From contig OZ260665.1 in the NCBI GenBank assembly GCA_965285935.1, positions 14,756,001-14,820,000 of the forward strand: a DNA stretch of 64,000 nt, written 5' to 3'. The DNA comes from Ophelia neglecta (Eukaryota). The notes under the pieces were generated by a model. It worked only from the letters and a program-made list of their open reading frames with translations. It searched no databases and had not been told where the DNA came from. The translations under genes and the position numbers were made by a program. Shown here in pieces: positions 52,001 to 64,000 of this stretch. The first letter of the stretch is position 1. Each line of letters begins with the position of its first letter.

Positions 52001-55000
52001 GGGCCAGCGACGTCATGGTAGAGGGTCGATTCGCAGATGTTGTTGCGTTTAATACTTTGGGTCATACTCCTAGAACAGTCTGGGAGGCAAATATTGTTAG
52101 AAATGCTTTGTGTGCCAAAAATATTAAGTCAATAGCAGAGACTATTGGAAACAGAAATGTAATGTTATCCCATTTAAATATGTCAAAATGTACGTCGAAG
52201 GATGTAAAGCAACAGTTGATTCTGTCAAAATATAATGCAGATGAATATCCTCAGTATTGGACGTCTAAATTTGGCGACCTAGTTTTAAATCCTATGGTAT
52301 TGCATACAATGTAACAAATCAAGAGGCAAGATTGATTGACTTGCACTGGAAAATACTAATCTGTATATATCCTACAAATATTTTGTTATATAAGATTGGT
52401 AGGAGGGATAGTAATTTATGTGAAGCCTGTAAAGTAATTGACACCTATGAACACTTTTTTTATGACTGCAACTTAATTAGAAAGTTGTGGACCTGGGTGG
52501 AAACTGATATTGTGAACCAGTTCCATCAACCCTGTAAGATAAACCTACAAGATGCTATATTGGGAATAATAGGCGGGCACAAACTGTCTAATTATCTTAT
52601 ATTAATAGCCAAGCTATGTATCTCAAAATTTAAGTACGGCAGGCAATTTAATCCACAACTTGATTTATTATACTGTCGAGAAAAAAGGATAAGAGGTCAC
52701 TATTTTTGAAATATGATGTAAATGTATATGCATATAAAAATATGGTCACTGATGATACCCGTATTATACAGAAATGATTTTCCAGCCATTCTGTAAAAAT
52801 AGAATGCAGCTCAATTGGATAGATGGTACTATGTATGCATGTTTACATGTATATGTGTCTGGAAATGTCTAGACATGCAGGTTAATGGTCAATGGGACTT
52901 GTTCAATAGGGCTACACGATTTATTGTATAATGTTGTGTATCAATTAAAAATATATATATATAAAAAAAAAACAAAAAAAAAACTAATTGACATAAATTA
53001 TTATTTATTAATCCAAAAATTTCCGGTTATATATGTGATTCCTTTAGCAGTAGACTTAAGCTGTCCTTACCATTTACTCACTTAGCAGAGTCGACCCGCT
53101 TTTATACCAGTCAGATCAAATCATCTGTTCTGAATTTAACTGGTCAGATCCAGTGCCTGTCTGTACCTTAATTGATATGTCTGCCCTATTTATTATCTAC
53201 AGCTGACTTATAGCCTGACCTTACGCCATCTATGTAGATGTTTAGCTAGCTCGTCCGGCTTAAATGGCACATTAATCATGTCATTATCGTTAGTTGGTTC
53301 TGCCTGCTCCGAAATTTTCGGTAAGCAGGTCAACTCGACTGAGATTTCGACACTCGCTATTTCCCGTTCTTCGGTATTACCACTTCTTGCTTTATCTTGT
53401 TTGTGTTAGTTTTATTATGTCCCGTATTCCTGTTATTCTTGGTTTTGTATTAGTGTCTAACCTATCATTTTTATTTCTTGGTCTAGGTATTGGTATTGTT
53501 AATTTCTTTGATTGTGCTCTAGTCATAACTGCTAATACCTCCTGTTTCTTTTCTTTGTTTAAAGTTCAACGTTAGTCTGCTGGTTTCTTTAAAATTTCCA
53601 TTTCATTTTCTGCTGCTTGTACTGCAAATATATCTGGAATCCCTCTATTTATTTGATTTAATTTCACTTTCTGTATTTCATTAAACTCCGGAAAATTTTC
53701 TAAATCTGTGTCAGCCTGTGTCCTGTCAAATGTAAATTCGCTTCTAGATATAATATCTTGCATTGTTAATTTACCTGTTTTTCCACTTCTATGATGAAAT
53801 GTAAATCTATAATCTTGTATTGCCAAAACATATCTCTCAAGCTGTGATTTTCCTAAATTTTTAGTAGACAAAAGATATTTTAATGCCATGTGATCCGAAA
53901 TGAGGTCAAAAGGTTCCCTCGAAGATATTCCTTTAATTCTAATATTTTCCATACTATTATTGCAAATAATTTAAGTTTGGTTATTGGATAATTTCTTTCT
54001 GATTTTGTTAGAACTCGTCCCAAATACATACATTGTCTTAGTTGATTGTTCTCATCATATTGGCTAACACAAGCCCCTATGGCATTGTTACTTGCGTCTA
54101 TGGCTACCACAAATCTTGCGTTATAATCAATATGTTTTAAACCTGGTGCTGTGCTCAATTTCTCTTTTATTATTTTGAATGCTTCATCTGCTTCTTTTGT
54201 CCATTGAAATTTTGCCTTTCCGTGTACTGTTGCATTGTAAAATGGCTTTGCTATATCCGAAAATGACTGTATGTGTTTGCAATAAAAACTTGCGGCTCCT
54301 TTTATTCTTTTCACCTGTCTTTTTGATTTTGGGATAGGCATGTTACGTATTGCTGCTACTTTATCAAATTTCGGTGAGTACCTTCTTTTTCAATGAATGT
54401 CCGAGAAATACGATCTCATTGGTCGCTATTTCACATTTCCTTCTATTCAGTGTTAATCCCGCCTTGCTTTTTATTTCTAAAACTCTTTCTTAATGTTCAC
54501 AATCTGTTTTTGGGCAATTGTTATATAGTTTAATATCAATATGTCAATATATGCTAATACTGATAAGTCCCTTTCATTTCGAAATAGTTTGTCCATCATT
54601 GATTAAAATATTCGAGGACTATTTGAAAAACCTTTAGGCAATTTTGTATATTCTAAAGATCCGAATGTTTGTGTCAAAAATGCTGTATACTTTCCTATCT
54701 GATGAAAAGTCTTATTCAAGTCCACACAAGTAAATATTGTTGGTTTGTTTGCCCCCACTTTTTCTATGCAATCCCCTAAATGTGGTATTCTCATTGCTAA
54801 TGGTATCACCTGTGCATTCAAATGCCGTAAATCGACACACAAACGTATTTTTCCCGGATTATCTTGTTTCCCAATTGCTATTAATCTTGATGCCCATTCC
54901 GATGTACTTTCCTGCAAAATGCCCTCATCAATTAGCGCTTTTAGCTGTTCATCTACTTTCTCCCGCGTTTTCGGATTTAATCTATATGGCATGTGACAAA

Positions 55001-57377
55001 TTGGTGTAGCAGTTGGTTTTAATTCTATTTTATGTTCTGTCATTATTGTTAGACATTATTTGGGATCCTCAGATGGGAATAAATGTTCATGTTTTAGCAT
55101 CACATTTTTAAACTTGTTTTCCCATACTTGTGTTAAATCTGAAATTTTAATTTCTGATGAAAGGATACATTTAGTATTATTATTCTACTGTGTTATGACA
55201 TTTTTTTCTGTTGTTCGCTTTGTATTAGTATTGTGGTTCTTTATGTTTCCAATGTTATTGTTAGTTCTATTTTCTACTTGTGAAATACGATGTATACTAC
55301 CTCGTACCTCATCATTTGAGTCTGTTATTGGTTGACTTATATGAATATCATCATTCCATGGTCTAAATATCCCTGTTCATTTTTCCTGATTTTCAAGTGT
55401 CTAGTTCCCGTATTCATTATACGTACAAGCATAAGTCCAGCTTTTGCCGTAACAGCTTATTTTGCTACTAGCCCACCTTTCATCATTAGAGAGTTCCTAC
55501 CCTCTATATCACCTAGTAAACCAGCCATGTTGCCATGACAACCTTTTAGCAACACTGCCCTACATATGATCTTTTTCCGAAAGTCAGCGAAATGTTTTAT
55601 TTATAGAGAAAGTCAACGCCTAGAATTAAACAAATAAGATTGCCTATTTGAATACTTAATGAAATTTGTCCCATCACTTTTGCATTTTTCCCATTGCCCA
55701 CTTATAATCATGAAATATTCTGATCTTGTGTGTCAACCCCAACTTCTTAAAGTAAGCATATGACACTACAGAGTAACTTGCTTCTGAATCTACCAATACT
55801 TCCCCTTTTTTGTTTACATCTATAAGATAAATTGGTAACACTGGACACTTGTAATTTTTCCTATCTGTGTATTTATTTATTCGCTAGGGGACCCCCCTCC
55901 GCAAAATTTCTGCTCAATTCTGTTATTAACACGCCTGTCTTGACTTCTATGGGTTACCATTTTATCGCCACTTGTCAACCTCAGTCTACAAGCCAATTGA
56001 ATATGTTTTCGTCCTTTACAGTAATGGCAAATTACGTTTACATCGTTAAATCTGCAATTATCTATGTTATGGGCTGTCGATGCAGAAGTTCTACACTGCG
56101 GCTTGGCTCGCTGCCCACTAATTGGCCCTCTACTTGAGTCCGGTCCGTAATTATGATAACCGTACCCCTGGCTAGGCCTAATCTGTTGCTGACCCGATCT
56201 GACTTATTGTTTCTGCTTATTTCAATATAATTTATCTAGAATATCTCTTAGAGAGACATTATGACTAGAAAAATTGTGAACTTGCGTGTTTTGTCCGCTC
56301 TCGCCACGTAATCTGTTGTCTATGCCTTCTTTTCTCTCTGCTCGCTTTTGCGCATCTTCTATTGTATTTAAATCTTCTTTTTCGCACACGTATACTTGCA
56401 CCGAAGGTTGTAGTCCCCGTACACAGTATTTCGCGTTTGCCAATCACTCAAGACTGTTAGATGAAGACGTCTCCTCATATCGCCACTATATGATCCCACT
56501 GATTCGTCTCGCATCTATATTCTATCTAACAGTTCACTCTCGTCCAACATATTCCGACTTTCCGGACCATATTGTTGTAAGAATGTCCTGCTGAATTTGA
56601 GTGTGTCCTTTCTTTCTTCCGGTAAATTCCTTTACCAAGTTTTTACTTTAGGACCCAACAACCATGGAACCATCTGTAGTTTGCGTTCCTCATTCCACCT
56701 ATTGAAGTCCCCATAGTCGTTCAAATTGTCGAAAAACTCCTTCGCAATTTCTAATTTTTCGCCTTTATATGGTTTGGGAGCTAACCCGGATAGCGCCGTG
56801 TCGTCGGACCTGTTCCTGTTGCTCTCCGCTATTATCTGCATATTGTCTCTGTTCCAAATAACAATTCTGCCGAAAATGTGTCATTAGTCGTATTTCTTGG
56901 TGTTTCCGTGGATTGATAGGTAAATCTTCTTGGCTGTCCTAATGGATCTAAATACATATCATCCTCCATGAATCCCTGGCCATCGGAGCTTTTCGAACTC
57001 TCTTCCCAGCCGGATGTCTGAAAGCCCTCGCCATTAAATCGTGCTCAGTAACCCAATTTGAACCCGTGTTACTCATTTTCACACAAGGGAATAAACCCTC
57101 TGATCGTTTCTTTGTCCTCCCTCAGCTGTTTAGCCAGATGCTATCGAGCCTTGCCACGGTAATTGCGGCGTATTAGCTTCCGGCGTCCCGGCGTCCCATG
57201 CCAAGGTGGTCTCCTGATGTTATCGTCCGTTCATCAACGGTTGTTTTTTTGATGTTTATATATAAAATGTACTGAGCTCGTTTTCTCCGATCCTTCTCTA
57301 CTCGATTCCGCAACTCCAAACATATGTTGTTGTTTTTGACTTGGGGATATTTAGTTGTTTGGTGGCGGTCTTCTGTT
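46067..57377 (-). mobile_element. Decayed Ty3/Gypsy element (unit 2 copy)
   Basis: Same domains (RT 54603-55043; RNase H 53572-54341 including ERNYPITKLKL). Confidence 0.9.
48542..52982 (+). mobile_element. L1/Tx1-clade LINE (unit 2 copy), ORF2 ~49020-52709 disrupted
   Basis: TSD ACTAATTGACAT 48530-48541 / 52983-52994; same motifs with a partly different set of frameshifts. Confidence 0.93.
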
Positions 57378-57487
57378 GTTAGTTAACCACCACTAGAATG
57401 CTGTTGCAGTACTCGCTGTATTGAGTGAGTCTAACTTAGACTCTAATTTGTGAGAGGTATGTTTACACAGTATGTAAACGTACAGTA

Positions 57488-59197
57488 GGCTAAACCGGAG
57501 ATTACCATGGTAAGGATACCTTTATCTGAAGTTATGTTTGCCCATTTTTCCACAAAATACTCAGCCTGCCTCCTTTAAAAAAGGTAAACTTGATTAAGCA
57601 TTAGCCACCAATGTACGAATCTCAGATTCATGGGAGGCAGAGGAATGAGTTTGACTTACCGATGTTAAGTTAGGCACACACAGGGCTGGCTCAGCTATTG
57701 TTTCTTCTATTGAGGTTTGTTCCTGCCCACGTGCTGGCGCTTCTTGTCCCTGAATGGCTTTTGCCGGTGGTAACCGTTGTTGTTGTTTTGATCTTGCCAG
57801 TTATTTGGTCCTCTTCGGTTGTTTACATTGCCTTTGTCAGGATACTGTCTTGTCTTGGTTGCCGTCTTTGTTGTATTATATGCCTGCTTGGACTCCTTAA
57901 GTTTTTTTAGGCAAGTCATCCTCGAATAGCAACTCAGTGGGCTTGTTCTTTCTTGAGAACACCCGGCTGGCTTGAGAATATACCTAAGCCCATCTCTCCT
58001 AATAAAGGAGAGTTCCAAACTGTTTTCTCCTAGCGTCGGAGATTTGGCCAATTAGTTTACCAGTATCTTCCCTACCCAAGGTTTTGTTAGTGGTGGCGAC
58101 AGCAACCAAGTCGTCCGCCATCCTGGCTAGGACCGAGACAGCCCTAAGCAAATTTGTATGTGGTGTAAAGATTCTCAAACCTTTCATTTTCGCTTTCGAG
58201 TCCATCTGGGCCCACAACTCCTCGTTGACCCTTGGGGCAACGATTAATGGACAGTTCTCAGGTCTTGGATATTTCTCACCTATAGCCTGGGCTTCCTCCT
58301 TTTTTGAGCCCCAGAGAGAGATTTTCATCGATCATTTGATTCCGAGAAGGGGCCATGCCTTTAAGGTAGTCACCCTCTCCCTCTTTGCTAGGATTGTTTC
58401 CTGACACACCCTCATCTTGTGACTCAGATGGTATGAGTGAGGACAGGCTACGATGCTTCTTCGCAACTTGGGTGAGGTGGGAGGCGAGGAAATTGGGTCC
58501 GTGCCCTCCTCCGGGGACTTTCCCCGGAGGAGGCATATCTTCGAACTCCACCTCGTCCTCCTCTGGCCCGCTCTCCTCTCCAGAACCGAAAGGTCCTTCT
58601 TCAAAATGTCCCTGGAACTGGCCTTGTTGTCCCTTGGACTGGCCATGCTCTGTTAACTTTTGCATGGTGTTTGCAATAACAGCCATGTTGGCCTGAAGGC
58701 CAGAGAGCACATGGTTGAGGGAGCCTTGAGGAGCCTGGCCCGGATCTGAGGCCTCGATGCCGGGATCAGTTTTAACATAAGGAATAGGGGACTTACCACG
58801 GATATCGCTATCCATTGCCTGCATTTCCGCCTTCCATGTCTGGAATGATAACCCAATCCTCCATGATCCAAACACCAAACTATCCTCCAAATGAAATCAC
58901 AAAAAAATCCTATTTTCCAAAAAGTACAAGTAATCTTTTACATGAAATTGAAAGCCACACAGTAAATTAAAAACTCATGGTCAGCCACGAGGCTACAGCC
59001 ACTCACTAACACACTGTGGTCCGTCACTGACGAACGCCAAAGACACACCGAATGAGCGCGAGAAAAGACGCTTCTCATTTCACTCCGAGAGTGACTTGAT
59101 TTGTGGGAAGTATAATTGGTCTAGTGCTCAGTTATAATGTCAGGATTTAGTTTCGCAAGGCTCCGCGCATCTGCTTTTAATCAAAAGCCCTTTAAAG
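57488..59197 (-). mobile_element. DIRS-type remnant (unit 2 copy)
   Basis: ORFs 57707-58051, 57999-58328 and 58276-58890 mirror unit 1. Confidence 0.75.
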
Positions 59198-60227
59198 CGC
59201 CCTAAATATATAAATTCAAACGCCATTTGCAAAAACACAATAACAAGTTCCGTAGATGTCCAGGTTAATATAGCCTATATAATGTATATGGCAATGTTTA
59301 TTATTCGATGTCATAATCTATAGTGGGTCCTTTGAAAGACACCTGCATATGCGAATGTTTTAAAGCAGTTCCCCTATTCAACTTTTTGGAGGTCAGACTT
59401 CAGAAGTCTGGAGCAGGGATATTTTGCTTCCTGTGTGCTCTCCATCTACATGGAAAATGTGTCTTTGACGGTCGCGAGTCAGATTATTAAAGGCAGGGAT
59501 AGTACGCTTTTCTTCCAAATTTCTGTTTCTGGAATAGCAGTAAACGCAGCGTTGAATGCGAAATATAATGCATAGAAACATCATGATGTGTCCGTGGCTT
59601 CTACGGTGAACTCCGTAGACACCCGTGGCAGCTCACTTGTTAACCGTGGCTTTTAAATATTTTTGGGTTCTGTTTTTTTATGGCAAGTACACTGTAGTTT
59701 TATGTGCGAAAGTTGCGGCCATAGAAAGGGATGTTCAAAGAAGGCATATGGAAATTATTGTTCTACCAAATGATGTATTTGTATGCATTTGACTATATTG
59801 TTGTTGCTTACAATGAAACGCTAATCGCTGGGGCTAGTTTCCCAACAATGACAATGGCAATGATTTATTGGTCTGGTTTCCCAACAATGACAATGACAAT
59901 GATTTATTGGTCTAGCAGTAAAGTACGGAACCTGTTCTACAAGAAGTAAGAGCCAAATAATACAATTGTTAACAGACATTTGCACTGTATTCCGTCACCC
60001 TTTCACGATGCCATAATCAACTTCCATTCGAAAGTCGCCCTGCCTATGCCCTCCGTAAGGAGTCTCCTCCCTTTGCGAAAAGAAAACACGAAACTCCTAG
60101 ACAGTTATGCACGTGTAAACAATTAATTTTCATTGCACCACCGACAACAGAGAAGACAGTGGTAATCTGATCTCCCACAGGTTTTATGCCTTGTCATAAA
60201 ATCCTAGGGTACAAAACTAACTACCCC

Positions 60228-60440
60228 TGTTATATTATGTCCTTATATATAAAGAATCCAAACATCGACTAGATGAACTATAAAAATTTATTAACGAAAA
60301 CTGGAGACACGGACCGCGCCAAACCGATTGGCTAAACGGTGAGTTCTACGTCGTAATCAAAACACGAACCCTGGACTTATCTGGGATTTCTGGTACGTAA
60401 CCTTTACTACTATAGCATGTAATAAAGTCATATTATAACA
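60228..60440. mobile_element. 213-bp solo-LTR-like insertion (unit 2 copy)
   Basis: Same termini and ACCCC TSD. Confidence 0.75.
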
Positions 60441-61253
60441 ACCCCCACGTGTTTTGCAGTCGACGGAGGCCGGTTAAGGACTGCTGGAGAAATAAGTCTT
60501 TCCTCCAGCTGCTTCTGCCGCATTAAAATATTTTACGGAATGTCATAAAAGTCCAATTGCAAGTTTAACTGCGAATTTTAATAGGTATTCTTGAAGGTAC
60601 AACAACTCTGTAACAAATCCAGATATAAGCACAACACAAAGTTTAAAAAAAATAGACAATATCCGTTAACTTGGTCCGCATTTCCGTGACTAGTACCACG
60701 GACAGCTGTTGACATCTTCTCATTGGAAGTGATATCAATGTTAAGTTTAAATGTGATTAATTCTGTTTAATTTACTGGTTGATCATGCAGTAAGGTGATT
60801 GACCATTCAGCGGCCAGTATTTACCGATCATTATTACAGGGTAAAGGGTTTTGTTGATACAGCATGATATAAATTAATCAGAAAAAATCCTTTTTACCCT
60901 CTCTATAATCAGAAGGTATACGAATATATTGACACACTGTCTCAGTTTGATACTGCTAGTGTGGGTATTCTGTCCATTCATAGCCAGGGATTATAGTCAA
61001 GACAATAATAAATATTTGAATTACAGCGAAACGCGTGTATAACCTGTATAATAAGGTCACTTAATAATAGCTCCAACCCCATTTATGCCTTTGTTAACTG
61101 ACCATATATTTCCTATGTATCTTTTAATGAATATCTAAGTAATGTACACAATACTGTTCTTTGATAGTCTTTGATAGCACTGACTCAAAGTCCCTTCTAC
61201 ACATGATCAACAATGCACTTTTGCTAACACCCCGCCCCCACCCCACCGCTCAA

Positions 61254-62894
61254 CTAATATCTTAATGGTTCCAGTTCATATATTTGGTTCCATCCAAGCT
61301 GGGTAAGATGTCTGTACCCTACTTTCGCTAGGTATTTGGTCGTGTCAATCAATGGTTCTTTATTATACATGGATTCATAGATAATGAAGGCGGGCCGGTA
61401 GCCCAGTTAAATCCATTGATGAATAACCTAAGAAAAATGAAATGATAAATAACAGTGATAATTTAATGCATATTATTAGCTTTCGAAATAAAACTAATCG
61501 GAAACATAATAAAACATTTGAAAATAGAATAAAAGCCTAAACATATGAGAATCTACATTGGGTCTAAGATTGAAAAAACACACCAAGCAAGGGTTGAGAA
61601 TCAGAACTTATTAGTACCCAAGAATCTCATTGGTAAAGAAATCTTTGGACAACAACTCACCTTATCGCCCACTCCTTCTGCGTCGATTGAGAGAACAGCA
61701 AACTTGATGGAAACGTGATATTTTTCAGCCAGGGTTTTGACACTCAGACACCGAACTTTGACCTTGTTTCCAGATACCATAGACTCAGAAGTTCCATTTC
61801 TATTTGCAAGCAAATGATTTTGCATACTGCTTACGTCTTTAGTTAAAAGGAACTCCACAAAGCCGTCTGCCTCGCCTATCGCCGCCTGCTCGTACTGTAC
61901 TTTTTGTCTTTTATCTCCATAAGGGTCAGCAAATCTGAAAGAAACAAATGGCATCAAAATCACACTGTGTGGCACGGCTTTATACAAGAGTGAAGAGGAA
62001 AGTCTTCACAAGTTTAAACTACATCAGAACGATGTGATCATTCTGGGCGCCAGGGTGCATTACTTTTCTCATTAAAAATATGTATAAATATGTTTTACAA
62101 GAAGTAACCGAAAAGAAGAAGTAACGCGAAAAAAACGAATTTCCGTATTTTCATGCTATGTAAATTATGAATAATGTTAGCCAATAAGCGTGTGCCTATT
62201 TTCTATGAATAATAATAGTGTTCAGATTTTTAATTTGCATATAAATGGATTATCCTAAGGTTCACTTAAAAAGGCGTGTTTTTATGATATATATTCTTTA
62301 TAGAAACGGCATTATATGTTTGATATGAAAAATTCCTTGTTCGGGTTGTTTTACTATTCACCTTTTGCCATTCTTCTTGGCCATTTCTATCTGACTTGTA
62401 AGTGGTTCTACGAGAACAGCGTCCCAGCCCAACTGTATAAAGTTAAGGGAATTGCTTGAAAGGTAACCGTCATTGGCCCCAATGTCTATAACAAGGTGGG
62501 TAAACGGGAAGCTTCGCCTGGACAGTATCCGCTTGTAGATGTAGAACACTTCTCCCGAATGGGACACGTCTATTCCAATGAAGCTGATAGTCTTTTCAAG
62601 AGTTTCGTTTTTCTGATTCGGGATGGACTGAGAAACAGAAAATAGACGACCAAGCGTTTCTTGTGCAAGGGACACAAATCCGCCATCTTTGCCTGCAGCC
62701 ACGAGATTCCTTAATTCCTCATTTTGATTGAAGAATTGATGAGACGTCCAGCCTTCCTTAATATGCAATGAGCTCAGCTTGGTCCATACTGATGAGTACA
62801 GAAACAGTGAAACAAAATCAAAAATTAAAATGTTGACAGCAAGCAACGTCCCAAGAATGATAATTAGGTTATAACTTTTGCAATGCAGCCTCAT
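61254..62894 (-). CDS. FkbM-family methyltransferase, copy 2; exons 62894-62362, 61934-61661, 61427-61254; premature TAA in last exon
   Basis: Exons of 533+274+174 nt give a 326-codon frame. GAA>TAA at 61407-61409 removes the last ~51 aa. Confidence 0.85.
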
Positions 62895-63940
62895 CTTCTT
62901 TGGTTATATTGGGAAATAAATCTAACACCACTCGACTTTAAGTGACTGTGTATCTTCCGGGCGGTGGCTGGCCTAACTTCAAACAGCCTGGAACAAAATA
63001 GTAAGTATTAAAATTCAAAATAGAATATCCCGAACTAAATATTAAGGCAAATTGTGTAAAACTATTTCCATAAAGTTTGATGCGTGATTAGTTAATTAAA
63101 TTTCCAGAAAACAATGTGTATCTAAAATTGGGATTTATATTATATACATCTAGAAAAATCAGTAAACGTGAACCTAATTCGTAAATTTTATGTTTCAATG
63201 CGTTGAAATAATTGGAGATAAACTGAAATTCAAATAACAATATAAGCAATCAAGAATGGTAGTAAGTTGAATTTCCATTCCAATGTGTGATAACGTTATA
63301 TCTTAAATATCGGAGAATTGCTTATGTAAAGGTCTAATGACATCAAAGATAAATATATACGCATATTACTGAGGGAGTCCTTTCAAATGGGTAATGTACT
63401 TTAATAATATGGACTCACGTTGGAAGGATGCTACCTCGCAAATTTTGGTTTAAATTTTACGAATCTCATGATCAGAAAGTGTGTTCCAGAAATGAGGGGC
63501 CGCTAAGCACGAGGGATTTCTTTCAGCGTTGACGGTTTTCCTGCGTTTCTTTATCTCTAAATATATAGCCAAATAGTAAAACAATAAGTTCACTAATCTA
63601 GGTGATTTAAGTTCGGTACACCTTCTCTCACAGCATAGCAAATACCGGTCAGGCGCCTGCGTAAGTCTTTCCTCTGTGTTCATGTGATCAGCGAACCATG
63701 CCGTTTGAGTTAAATGGGATACTTTTTTAAGGGGAACGTTGTATGTCTGTTGTGTACGGTGTTCACTGTGCATAATCACATTTACAAACTCGTGTTGGAG
63801 CTCTGTCTCACGAATTAATAATCGTTACACCTATCTGCTGACACGTCTGTGTGGCGGGGTGCACACCTTTGGCACAGGGGAAAATACTGTAAATAATTAC
63901 TCAGACTCAGATATAATTATTAAGCCACATAACATGTATA

Positions 63941-64000
63941 TATATATATATATAAATATATTGACACAATCAAACTCTCAGGTGGCACGCCATATTCCAG
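63941..64000 (+). repeat. Start of a third tandem unit
   Basis: TATA..TTGACACAATCAAACTCTCAGGTGGCACGCCATATTCCAG is identical to 3130-3169. Confidence 0.85.

Larger units (their letters stand above)
32129..63940 (+). repeat. Tandem segmental duplication, unit 2 (~31.8 kb, includes private Tc1/mariner insertion)
   Basis: Same element order and near-identical sequence to unit 1. Confidence 0.97.

Noticed and set aside
3100-63940. Whole unit as one giant transposon (Helitron, Polinton or virus-like)
   Set aside because: No Rep/helicase, PolB, capsid or unit-level TIR/TSD found; the apparent junction lies in a probable intron.

Overview
AT-rich eukaryotic DNA, most likely from an invertebrate animal (spliceosomal GT-AG introns; BEL/Pao, Ty3/Gypsy, DIRS, L1/Tx1, Tc1/mariner and PIF/Harbinger-like elements). 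It contains no prokaryotic features. After ~3.1 kb of unique sequence, mostly a diverged foldback/inverted-repeat element, the window is a head-to-tail tandem segmental duplication: unit 1 ~3.1-32.1 kb, unit 2 ~32.1-63.94 kb, and a third unit starting in the last ~60 bp. Each unit carries, in order: a decayed THAP zinc-finger ORF; an interspersed repeat; a 1.2-kb Harbinger-type MITE; a decayed BEL/Pao element; a decayed Ty3/Gypsy element with a probable env remnant, interrupted by a 5'-truncated L1/Tx1 LINE (12-bp TSD); a DIRS-type remnant; a 213-bp solo-LTR-like insert; and one host gene. The host gene has three coding exons and encodes a ~326-aa membrane-anchored FkbM-family (Methyltransf_21) SAM-dependent methyltransferase. 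As assembled, copy 1 has two +1 frameshifts and copy 2 has a nonsense codon, yet differences between copies are mostly synonymous. Unit 2 alone carries a 3,237-bp Tc1/mariner element (TA TSD, 33-bp TIRs) with an intron-containing, truncated transposase. No clearly novel multi-gene system is demonstrable. The best leads are the amplified FkbM gene, the env-like Gypsy ORF and the intron-bearing Tc1-like element. All family assignments come from reading motifs by eye; no database search was run.
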